This document shows positions 9,116-16,448 of a stretch of 64,000 nucleotides of DNA, in pieces; positions within the stretch are counted from its first letter, which is position 1, and every line of letters starts with the position of its first letter. The notes beneath the pieces are model-generated. The model had not been told where the DNA came from. It did not search any database and worked only from the letters and a program-made list of their open reading frames with translations. The DNA lies in assembly GCA_036399915.1 (NCBI GenBank), contig DASWME010000219.1, forward strand, positions 343 to 64,342, given 5' to 3'. The DNA comes from Thermoanaerobaculia bacterium (lineage in GTDB: Bacteria; Acidobacteriota; Thermoanaerobaculia; Multivoradales; UBA5704). The position numbers were made by a program, and so were the translations under genes.

Positions 9116-9703
9116 TCAGCGGATGGGCCGGCTCTCCATCGTACCGTAGAAGAGCGTGGCGAGGGCGTGGAAGGTGGACAGGGCGATGTTCTTGCGCCGG
9201 GTCTCGAGCCCCCCGGTGAGCGAGCTGGTGATGCCGCCGCTCCTGCGCGTGCCGGGGATCGCGAAGGGGATCTGGGCGCTGTCGAGCCCGGAGACGATGC
9301 GGTTCGGGATCTGGATGGCGCCGCTCGACCCCCAGGACTCGCCCAGCACGCTGCGCATCACCGTCCAGTTGCGGATCAGATACGCCTGCCGGCCGTCCAC
9401 CTCCAGCGACTCGATCCCTCCCTCGTTGGCGATGTAGAAGTGGTAGGTGCCCTTGAGCCGCTCCTCCAGCTCCAGCGCCCGCTTGCGGGCGTAGCGCACC
9501 ACCTCCTCGTCCGAGACCAGCAGGCCCACCGGCTCCTCCTCCACCGGCTGCGGCACCACGGCCACCGAGACCGTGCGGTCCATCCCGTCGTGGAAGAAGC
9601 GCAGGAAGCCGTCGCGCACCCCGAGGAGCTTGTCCGCGGTGTGCCCGGCCACCGCCACCTCGACTCCGGTTTGGAGCCGCTGCCAGAAGTTCTTAAGATC
9701 CAT
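9116..9703 (-). CDS. DUF84/YjjX-like putative inosine/xanthosine triphosphatase
   Basis: 195 aa. Collinear by eye with E. coli YjjX (my recollection): [22 protein letters not shown] / VSVAVVPQP / [10 protein letters not shown] / ...[30 protein letters not shown]. First gene of an apparent operon with metK and ahcY. Confidence 0.55.
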   Translation of the reverse strand: MDLKNFWQRLQTGVEVAVAGHTADKLLGVRDGFLRFFHDGMDRTVSVAVVPQPVEEEPVGLLVSDEEVVRYARKRALELEERLKGTYHFYIANEGGIESLEVDGRQAYLIRNWTVMRSVLGESWGSSGAIQIPNRIVSGLDSAQIPFAIPGTRRSGGITSSLTGGLETRRKNIALSTFHALATLFYGTMESRPIR

Positions 9704-9705
9704 GC

Positions 9706-10482
9706 GTGATCACCAGCCGCCAAAATCAAAGGCTCAAGGATATTCGGCGGCTCCGGCGAAGGCAAGGCGAGCGCGCTCTGCTCGAAGGCCCCCACCTGGT
9801 GGAGGAAGCCCTCGCCGCCGGCCTCGCCCTGGAGGAGGTCCTGGCGACCCCGCCCTTCCTCGACTCGGCCGACGGGCGGCGGCTCGCCCGCTCCCTGCCG
9901 CGCCCGCCGCTCGAGGTGAGCCCGGACCTGCTCGCGGACCTCACCGACGCTGACTCCCCCCGCGGCGTCCTCGCCGTGGCCCTCCTCCCCCGCTCCGGCG
10001 TCGAGGCCCTGCCCGTCCGTCCGGGCCGACCCTACCTCTATCTGGACGGTCTCCAGGACCCGGGCAATCTCGGGGCCCTGGCCCGCGTGGCCGAGGCCGC
10101 CGGCGCCGCCGGGCTCGCCCTCTCCCCCGGCTGCGCCCACCCGAACCATCCGCGCGCCCTCCGCGCCTCGGCCGGCAGCCTCCTGCGCCTGCCCGTCGCC
10201 GTGAACGCCGACCCCGACGCCCTCGACCGCCATCTCGCCCCAACCCGCCCCCGCTGGACCGCCCTCGTGCCGCGCGACGGCGAGAACTTCTACCACGCTT
10301 CCCTCGCCGGCACCCTGATCCTCGCCGTGGGAGCCGAAGGCCCCGGCCTCTCCCCTCCTCTCCTCGCCCACGCCAGCCTGCGCCTGACCATCACCATGGA
10401 GCCGGCGGTCGAATCCCTCAACGCCACGGTGGCGGCGGCGCTGGTATTGTTCGAGGCCAGGAGACAGCGGGAAAACCCCTGA
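9706..10482 (+). CDS. TrmH/SpoU-family RNA 2'-O-methyltransferase
   Basis: GTG start. ITSRQNQRLKDIRRL... N-terminus, then LDGLQDPGNLGALARVAEAAGAAGL, LILAVGAEGPGLS and ESLNATVAAALVLFE (SpoU methylase motifs). Confidence 0.85.
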   Translation: MITSRQNQRLKDIRRLRRRQGERALLEGPHLVEEALAAGLALEEVLATPPFLDSADGRRLARSLPRPPLEVSPDLLADLTDADSPRGVLAVALLPRSGVEALPVRPGRPYLYLDGLQDPGNLGALARVAEAAGAAGLALSPGCAHPNHPRALRASAGSLLRLPVAVNADPDALDRHLAPTRPRWTALVPRDGENFYHASLAGTLILAVGAEGPGLSPPLLAHASLRLTITMEPAVESLNATVAAALVLFEARRQRENP

Positions 10483-10521
10483 AGGCGAAAGCGGGACGGT
10501 GAAAACCGCCCAAAAACTCCT

Positions 10522-10565
10522 CACACATTGTTTTTTCCCAAAAAACAATGTGTGGGTGGTTTTTT
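10522..10565 (+). terminator. candidate intrinsic terminator downstream of the TrmH-family gene (also the first element of the AT-rich repeat array)
   Basis: Perfect 15-bp inverted repeat CACACATTGTTTTTT-ccc-AAAAAACAATGTGTG (10522-10554), followed 5 nt later by TTTTTT (10560-10565). The stem is AU-rich, so the terminator role is uncertain. Confidence 0.35.
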
Positions 10566-10672
10566 ACATTGTTTTTTCCGTTCAAACAATGTTTGAGGGG
10601 AAGAAACAATGTGTTGGACCCAAAAAACAATGTTTGACGGCTTCAAATAATGTGTGACGGGAAAAACAATGT
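10522..10672. repeat. AT-rich array of 8 copies of the 9-mer AAACAATGT (6 direct, 2 inverted) phased at about 20 bp
   Basis: Inverted ACATTGTTT at 10525 and 10566. Direct AAACAATGT at 10543, 10584, 10604, 10625 and 10664, plus AAATAATGT at 10645. Spacings are 18, 23, 18, 20, 21, 20 and 19 bp. The direct copies extend to about 20-bp units (AAACAATGTKTGACGG-like). Confidence 0.9.
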
Positions 10673-10876
10673 TCTACGGGATTTCCAGTGTGAGAGGAGC
10701 CTGGAGACCGGGATTCGGCGGGATGGGGAGTTCGGCGCGGCTGCCCAGTGTTCAAGAGAATTCGAGGGCAGTAGAGCGTCCTTTCCGGCGCAAAACGGAG
10801 GGGCGGGCTTGTCCCCGCCCCCGCCCGGAGGGCGACGTTTCGCTGATAGGCTGAAGAGACTTCCAAGGAGACTCCC

Positions 10877-13272
10877 CTGGCCGACTCCTTCGACGTCTTC
10901 CTGAGCCACAACAGCAAGGACAAGCCGGCCGTCCGCCGGATCGCGGAGGCGTTGCGGGACCGGGGACTGCGCGTCTGGCTCGACGAGTGGGAGTTGATCC
11001 CGGGGCGCCGCTGGATTCCTGAGCTGGAGAAGGTCATTGAGACCACGAGGACGGCTGTGGTCCTGGTCGGAGAGAGTGGCTTCGGGCGATGGGAACAGCC
11101 CGAGTATGAGGCTTCTCTCTCGGAGTTCGTTGAGCGTGGCCTCCCTGTCATCCCCGTTCTGTTGCCCGGCGCGCCGGCCAAGCCCAAGGTCCCGCTCTTC
11201 CTGAAGGGCTTTACCTGGGTCGATCTCCGTGGCGGCATCACTGACGAAGGCTTGAGTCGCCTCGAATGGGGCATTACCGGCAGCAAACAGGATCGGGAGG
11301 CGAAGGTTCAGGTCTCCCAGGCCCCACGCCTCCACAACCTCCCTTTCCTCTCCATCCGCGACCTCCTGAAAGGACGGGACGAGGAACTCCAGCGCCTCCT
11401 CACCAACCTGGGAAGCTCGGCTCAGGCCACGGCGATCACCAGGCCATCCACGGCCTGGGGGGCATCGGCAAAACCCGGCTGGCCGTGGAGTATGCCTGGC
11501 GCTCGGGTAATCGGTACGATGCGGCCCTCTTCGTGACGGCGGACTCCCCCGAGGCGCTGCGGTCGGGTCTGGCGAGCCTAGCAGGGCCGCGCATCCTTGC
11601 CCTTCCCGAGTACCAGGCCGGAGCGGAGGCGGAGACCGTCGAGGCCGTCCTGCGCTGGCTCCGGGAGCATTCCCGGTGGCTGCTGATCCTGGACAACGTG
11701 GACACGGAAGAAGCCGTGTGGGCCGTCCGGGAGATCCTGCCGCAGCTTCAAAGCGGCCACATCCTCATCACCTCCCGTTGGACGGAATGGTCGGCCGGAA
11801 TCCAGGAACAGCCGCTCGGCGTCCTCTCGAGGGAAGAGGCTGCCCAGTTCCTCCTCCAGCGCACACAGAGAAAAAGAACGTCCGCACCGGATGACGCCGA
11901 GCAGGCGGGCCGTCTGGCGGACATCCTGGGCGGCCTTCCTCTGGCTCTGGAGCAGGCGGCAGCCTACATTCGCCGCCATCAGACTACCTTTGCCCGCTAT
12001 CTGGAGGATTGGGAGCGTGAGCGCGAGAAGGTTCTGGAGTGGCACGACAGAACCGTCATGGACTATCCCGCCTCCGTAGCGGCGACCTGGCAGACGACCT
12101 TCCGTCAGCTCAGCCCGAAAGCCGCCGCCCTTCTCCGTCTGACTGCCTTCCTCGCCCCGGAGCCTATCCCCGAAGCGATGTTTGAAGAGGGCGAGGGGAT
12201 CGTTGAGGAAGCGTCTGCGGCCCTCATAGAGGAAACTGATCAGCTGGCGATCGAGCGGACTGTCCGGGATGTCCTCGCGGAGCTGGCCGCCTACTCCATG
12301 GTGACCCGGTCGACCGGCAACTTTACCGTCCATCGCGTTGTGCAAGAGGTTCTCCGGACCCGAATCCCTGGCGACCGTCGCCGGGAGTGGATCGAACGTT
12401 CCGTACGTCTGGTAAACGCCTACGCGCCATTCGACGCTGACGATGTCCGTACCTGGCCTGTCTGGGACCTTCTCCGTCCCCACGCGTTGCGAATCGTTAA
12501 AGAGGCGGACGATGTTGGTATTCCTTATCCCACCGCCAGCCTCATGGGCCAGTTGGCGCTTCTCCTTTTCGAGAAGAGCCTCTACGCGGAGGCCGAGCCG
12601 TTGATGCAGCGGGCCTTACAGGTCGGAGAAGACACCCTCGGACCCAATCACCCAGCAGTCGCCATCCGCCTCAACAACCTGGCGTCGTTGCTTCAGGCCG
12701 CGAACCGTCTGTCGGAGGCCGAGCCGTTGATGCGGCGGGTGGTGGAATTCTTCGAAATCAATCTGGGTCCTAACCACCATAACCTCGCCACGGCTCTGAA
12801 CAACCTGGCTCAGTTGCTTCAGGCCACGAACCGTCTGTCGGAGGCCGAGCCGTTGATGTGGCGAGCTTTGCAGATCGACGAGGGCTCCTTCGGACCCCAG
12901 CACCCCAAAGTCGCTATCCGACTCAGCAACCTGGCAGCATTGCTTTACGCTACGAACCGTCTGTCAGAGGCCGAGCCGTTGATGCGGCGGGCCTTGCAGA
13001 TCGACGAGGACTCCTTCGGACCCCAGCACCCCAACGTCGCCAGAGACCTCAACAACCTGGCTCGGTTGCTTCAGGCCACGACCCGTCTGTCGGAGGCCGA
13101 GCCGTTGATGCGGCGGGCGGTGGAGATCTGCGAGGCCAGCCTAGGGCCGGACCACCCCAAGACGCGGATTGCGCGGAAGAACCTGGAAGCCCTCTTGGAG
13201 GAGATGGGGTTGGCAGGCTCGCAGGATAGCCAATCCACTGAGGACCCTCCCCCATCTCCCCGGACCGGGTAG
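10877..13272 (+). pseudogene. TIR - NB-ARC (STAND NTPase) - TPR protein; reading frame interrupted by an apparent 1-nt frameshift near 11440 and lacking an ATG/GTG/TTG start upstream of the TIR core
   Basis: Frame 2 encodes the TIR domain: (L)ADSFDVFLSHNSKDKPAVRRIAEALRDRGLRVWLDEWELIPG...VVLVGESGFGRWEQPEYE...VIPVLL, then ...NLPFLSIRDLLKGRDEELQRLLTNLGSSAQATAIT. Frame 1 continues with QAIHGLGGIGKTRLAVEYAW (P-loop), WLLILDNVD (Walker B), ILITSR, GGLPLALEQAAAYI (the GxPLA motif of NB-ARC) and five 42-aa TPR units. An in-frame TAG lies at 10847. AAGGAG (10865-10870) sits 6 nt before CTG 10877. Confidence 0.8.
12575..13204 (+). repeat. five tandem 126-bp (42-aa) repeats encoding the TPR array of the STAND gene
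   Basis: The core CGAACCGTCTGTCGGAGGCCGAGCCGTTGATG recurs at 12701, 12827, 12953 and 13079 (CGACCC variant), an exact 126-bp period. A partial first copy has GAGGCCGAGCCGTTGATG at 12589. Confidence 0.9.
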
Positions 13273-13308
13273 AATCCGCCGGACTCGATCTCGGGGGAGA
13301 CGCGGCCC

Positions 13309-13740
13309 ATGAAGATCGGCATCGGCTCGGACCACGCCGGATACCGCTACAAGGAAGAGATCAAGAACTATCTTGCCGGGCTCGGCCACGAGGTGCGGGA
13401 CTTCGGCACGGACTCGGAGGAGTCCGTCGATTATCCTGTCTTCATCCGGCCCGTGGCACTGGCCGTGGCGAGCGGCGAGGTCGAGCGCGGGATCGTGCTC
13501 GGCGGGTCGGGCAACGGCGAGGCCATGGTGGCCAACCGGGTGCGCGGCGTCCGCTGCGCTCTCTGCTGGAACGAGGAGTCGGCGCGGCTTGGCCGGCAGC
13601 ACAACGACGCCAACGCGATCTCCCTCGGCCAGCGGATGATGACCCTGGAGACCGCCCTCGCCATCGTGCGGATCTGGCTCGAGACCCCGTTCGAGGGCGG
13701 CCGGCACGTGCGCCGGATCCAGATGATCGACGAGCCGTGA
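13309..13740 (+). CDS. rpiB: ribose-5-phosphate isomerase B
   Basis: MKIGIGSDHAGYRYKEEIKNYLAGLGHEVRDFG...GIVLGGSGNGEAMVANRVRGVRCALC... (RpiB/LacA/LacB family). Confidence 0.92.
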   Translation: MKIGIGSDHAGYRYKEEIKNYLAGLGHEVRDFGTDSEESVDYPVFIRPVALAVASGEVERGIVLGGSGNGEAMVANRVRGVRCALCWNEESARLGRQHNDANAISLGQRMMTLETALAIVRIWLETPFEGGRHVRRIQMIDEP

Positions 13741-13786
13741 GCCCTCGCACCAAAGGAACACGCTCCGGCCAGGGCTGGCCCGCCCT

Positions 13787-13975
13787 GGAGGGGCGGAATT
13801 TGAATAGCCCGGGGCGGAAGCCCCGGGTACGGATGCCCAGACCAACCCGTCGAGCCCCGAAGGGGCGGCAGGCGCAGGTCCGGCCTCCTGATGTCGCCCT
13901 TTCAGGGCTCAACCGTGATTGTTGGCGCTCCGTTCCCGGGGCTTCCGCCCCGGGCTATTCAAATCCTGCCCCTCC
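13787..13975. repeat. REP/MITE-like element, family B: two 41-bp arms in inverted orientation around a 107-bp core
   Basis: Arm 1 (13787-13827) is GGAGGGGCGGAATTTGAATAGCCCGGGGCGGAAGCCCCGGG. Arm 2 (13935-13975) is its reverse complement with 2-3 mismatches. Each arm contains an 8-bp hairpin CCCGGGGC-GGAA-GCCCCGGG (a GNRA loop in one orientation). Confidence 0.8.
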
Positions 13976-14022
13976 GGGGCAGACCTTCACGGCTCTTCCC
14001 TTCTTTCCCGGCCTGCTCTGAC

Positions 14023-14961
14023 ATGCACGCTGTTGAAGCCCTCCGCCGGGCCCTAAGGCCGGACCGGGTACGGACCGGCGAGGTCCTGGCGCCCTACACC
14101 ACCTTCAAAATCGGCGGGCCGGCCGACCTCTTCTACGAGCCCGAGACGGCGGACGAGCTGGCAGCGGCGATCCTGGCCGCCCGCGAGCACGGGGTGCCGT
14201 TCTTCCTGCTCGGCATGGGGGCCAACATCCTGATCGGGGACCGGGGCTTCCGGGGCCTGGTGATCCGGAACACGGCCCGGCACGTCGAGTTCTTCCCCGG
14301 GGACGGCAGAGTCCGCGCCGAGAGCGGGGCCGTGGTCTGGCCGGACCTGATCGAGACGGCGATCGACCACGGCCTCTCCGGGCTGGAGCACTACGTGGGC
14401 ATCCCCTCGACCGTGGGCGGCGCCCTCTGGCAGAACCTCCACTTCCTCTCGCCGGCCCCGGCCCGCGAGCGGACGATGTTCATCGCCGAGGTCACCCGCG
14501 AGGCGGAGATCCTCACCGCCGAAGGCGAGCGCCGGACCGTGGACGCCGGCTACTTCGAGTTCGGCTACGACACCTCGATCCTCCACCACCGGCCGGATGT
14601 CGTGCTGACCGCCACTTTCCAGCTCGAGCCGGGAGACCCCGCGCGGATGCGGCGGATCGTGGAGGAGAACCTCGAGTGGCGGAGCGCGCGCCACCCGCCC
14701 CTCGACAGCGAGCCGAGTGTGGGCTCCATCTTCAAGAAGATCGAGGGGATCGGCGCCGGCCGCCTGATCGACGAGTGCGGCCTTAAAGGCGCCAGGATCG
14801 GCGGCGCTATGATCACCCACCGCCACGCCAACATCTTCATCAACACGGGCGGCGCCACCGCCGCCGACGTGCGCGCGCTGATCGCGCACGTCCAGGAGAC
14901 CGTCTACAAGAGGACGGGGTATTGGCTGGAGCCGGAGATCTCGTTCGTGGGGGAATTTTGA
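14023..14961 (+). CDS. murB: UDP-N-acetylenolpyruvoylglucosamine reductase
   Basis: MHAVEALRRAL...APYTTFKIGGPADLFYEPETADELAAAILAAREHGVPFFLLGMGANILIGDRGFRG...GSIFKK.... The start is trimmed to ATG 14023 because the track start 13891 would read through repeat family B. Confidence 0.9.
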   Translation: MHAVEALRRALRPDRVRTGEVLAPYTTFKIGGPADLFYEPETADELAAAILAAREHGVPFFLLGMGANILIGDRGFRGLVIRNTARHVEFFPGDGRVRAESGAVVWPDLIETAIDHGLSGLEHYVGIPSTVGGALWQNLHFLSPAPARERTMFIAEVTREAEILTAEGERRTVDAGYFEFGYDTSILHHRPDVVLTATFQLEPGDPARMRRIVEENLEWRSARHPPLDSEPSVGSIFKKIEGIGAGRLIDECGLKGARIGGAMITHRHANIFINTGGATAADVRALIAHVQETVYKRTGYWLEPEISFVGEF

Positions 14962-14991
14962 GAGAGTGCACGGCGAGGCGTTCTGCCCTTC

Positions 14992-15164
14992 GAGGCCTCA
15001 CCCCCTTGCCCCCTCTCCCTGACGGGAGAGGGGGAACGAGGCGGTTGGGGTTGCCGATAGAATGCGCTGTGCGTTCATCGAGCTTCAAGGTGCGCTACAG
15101 GCAGGTCGTCCTAGTCAGGTTCCCCCTCTCCCGTCAGGGAGAGGGGGGCAGGGGGTGAGGCCTC
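14992..15164. repeat. REP-like family A, inverted pair (two 46-bp arms around an 81-bp core) between murB and the glycosyltransferase gene
   Basis: Arm 14992-15037 is GAGGCCTCACCCCCTTGCCCCCTCTCCCTGACGGGAGAGGGGGAAC. Arm 15119-15164 is GTTCCCCCTCTCCCGTCAGGGAGAGGGGGGCAGGGGGTGAGGCCTC. Confidence 0.85.
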
Positions 15165-16344
15165 AACGGGCAGCCGCTCCCGTCACCAACGAGTACTCCC
15201 GGAGCAGCCTTTCCGCCACCACCCCCGGATCATGCCGCTCCCGGAGGGCCCTCCGGCCTGCCTCGACGAGGGACGCCGCGAGCGCGGGCTCCCGGTGGAG
15301 CCGTGCGATCGCTGCCGCGAACTCTCTCGGATCGCGGGTGACCAGGGCCTCGCGGCCGTCCTCCGTCTCCAGGCCGGCCAGGGCCGCCGGGGTCGCCACC
15401 ACCGGCACGCCCCGGGCCCAGGCTTCCAGGACCTTGATGCGGATCCCGGAGGCGATCCGCAGGGGGACGGCGAGAATCGAGCCCGGCGCGTAGACCTCGG
15501 CGCTGTCTTTGGGAGCGGGATGGCGGATCACGTCCGGTGCCTCCGGTCCGGGGGCCGCTCCGAACAGGTGCAGGATTGCGCCGGGGGCCGCGGCGCGCAC
15601 GGCGGGCCAGACTTCGCCGGCGAACCAGGTGGTGGACTCCTCGTTGGGCAACCACCCCCGGCTGCCGAAGACGACCACGGCCGGCTCGCCCGCGAGCCGC
15701 CCCGTGCCCGGTGGGAGATCGGGAAACGGCGCGCGGACGACCTCCACGCGGCCCCCATCTCCCGCCAGCTCGCGCAGGCGCAAAGCATCCTCTTCGGTCA
15801 ACGCTAGCGTCGCGGCAGCCCGGCGGACCGCCCTTCCCTCATAGGCTGCCAGGCGGTTCGCCTCTCTGCGAAGGAGGAGCCCGCGGAATCCCCTCCCCCG
15901 CCGGGCCGACTCCGCCCAGAGGTCGCTCTCCACGTTCTGGGCCCGCAGGACCACCGGAACCCCACGGGCGAAGGCCGGCTCGGCCTGCGGCAGCGCCTGG
16001 AGCTGCTCGGCGTGGACGAGATCGAAGCGCTCGGCCCCGAGAAGGCGCTCCACCTCGCGGCGCACGGCGGGCAGGGAATGCCGGGCGATCGACAGCGGCG
16101 CGCCTCCAGACCGGAGCAGCGCCACGGCCGGCGGCAAAGGAGCCGCCGGAACCAGCCGGGGCGCACACCACGCCGACAGCTCACGGGCGACCTCGCCGAG
16201 ATCGAACGCCGCGGGATCGACCGGCGCCACCAGCGTCAGCCGACATCCCGCGGCAGACAGCGCTTGGAGGGTGTTCCGCAGCAGCAGCCGGCCGCCGTCA
16301 ATGGGTGGCCAGGGAGCCTTGGTGGCGATGACCAGGACGTTCAT
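15163..16344 (-). CDS. glycosyltransferase (GT-B fold, GT4-like)
   Basis: MNVLVIATKAPWPPIDGGRLLLRNTLQALSAAGCRLTLVAP... with C-terminal ...PLRIASGIRIKVLEAWARGVPVVATPAALAGLE... (E-x7-E-type region). Start trimmed to ATG 16344. Confidence 0.8.
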   Translation of the reverse strand: MNVLVIATKAPWPPIDGGRLLLRNTLQALSAAGCRLTLVAPVDPAAFDLGEVARELSAWCAPRLVPAAPLPPAVALLRSGGAPLSIARHSLPAVRREVERLLGAERFDLVHAEQLQALPQAEPAFARGVPVVLRAQNVESDLWAESARRGRGFRGLLLRREANRLAAYEGRAVRRAAATLALTEEDALRLRELAGDGGRVEVVRAPFPDLPPGTGRLAGEPAVVVFGSRGWLPNEESTTWFAGEVWPAVRAAAPGAILHLFGAAPGPEAPDVIRHPAPKDSAEVYAPGSILAVPLRIASGIRIKVLEAWARGVPVVATPAALAGLETEDGREALVTRDPREFAAAIARLHREPALAASLVEAGRRALRERHDPGVVAERLLREYSLVTGAAAR

Positions 16345-16448
16345 GGACTGTTCTAAAACTGTCGAAAGGCGCTCGAAGGGGGCCTTCAAACCCGCATGGT
16401 TCTAGGGCTTTCAAGATCGAAGGCCGATTTTACGTCTTATGGGGGTTG

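Noticed and set aside
10522-10672. CRISPR array interpretation of the AT-rich repeat region.
   Set aside because: The units are only about 20 bp in total, with no distinct spacers of 25 bp or more. Two copies are inverted, and there are no cas genes in the window.
11430-11450. Programmed ribosomal frameshift in the TIR-NB-ARC-TPR gene.
   Set aside because: There is no X-XXY-YYZ slippery heptamer and no obvious downstream stimulatory structure at the junction. A one-base C-run length difference explains it more simply.
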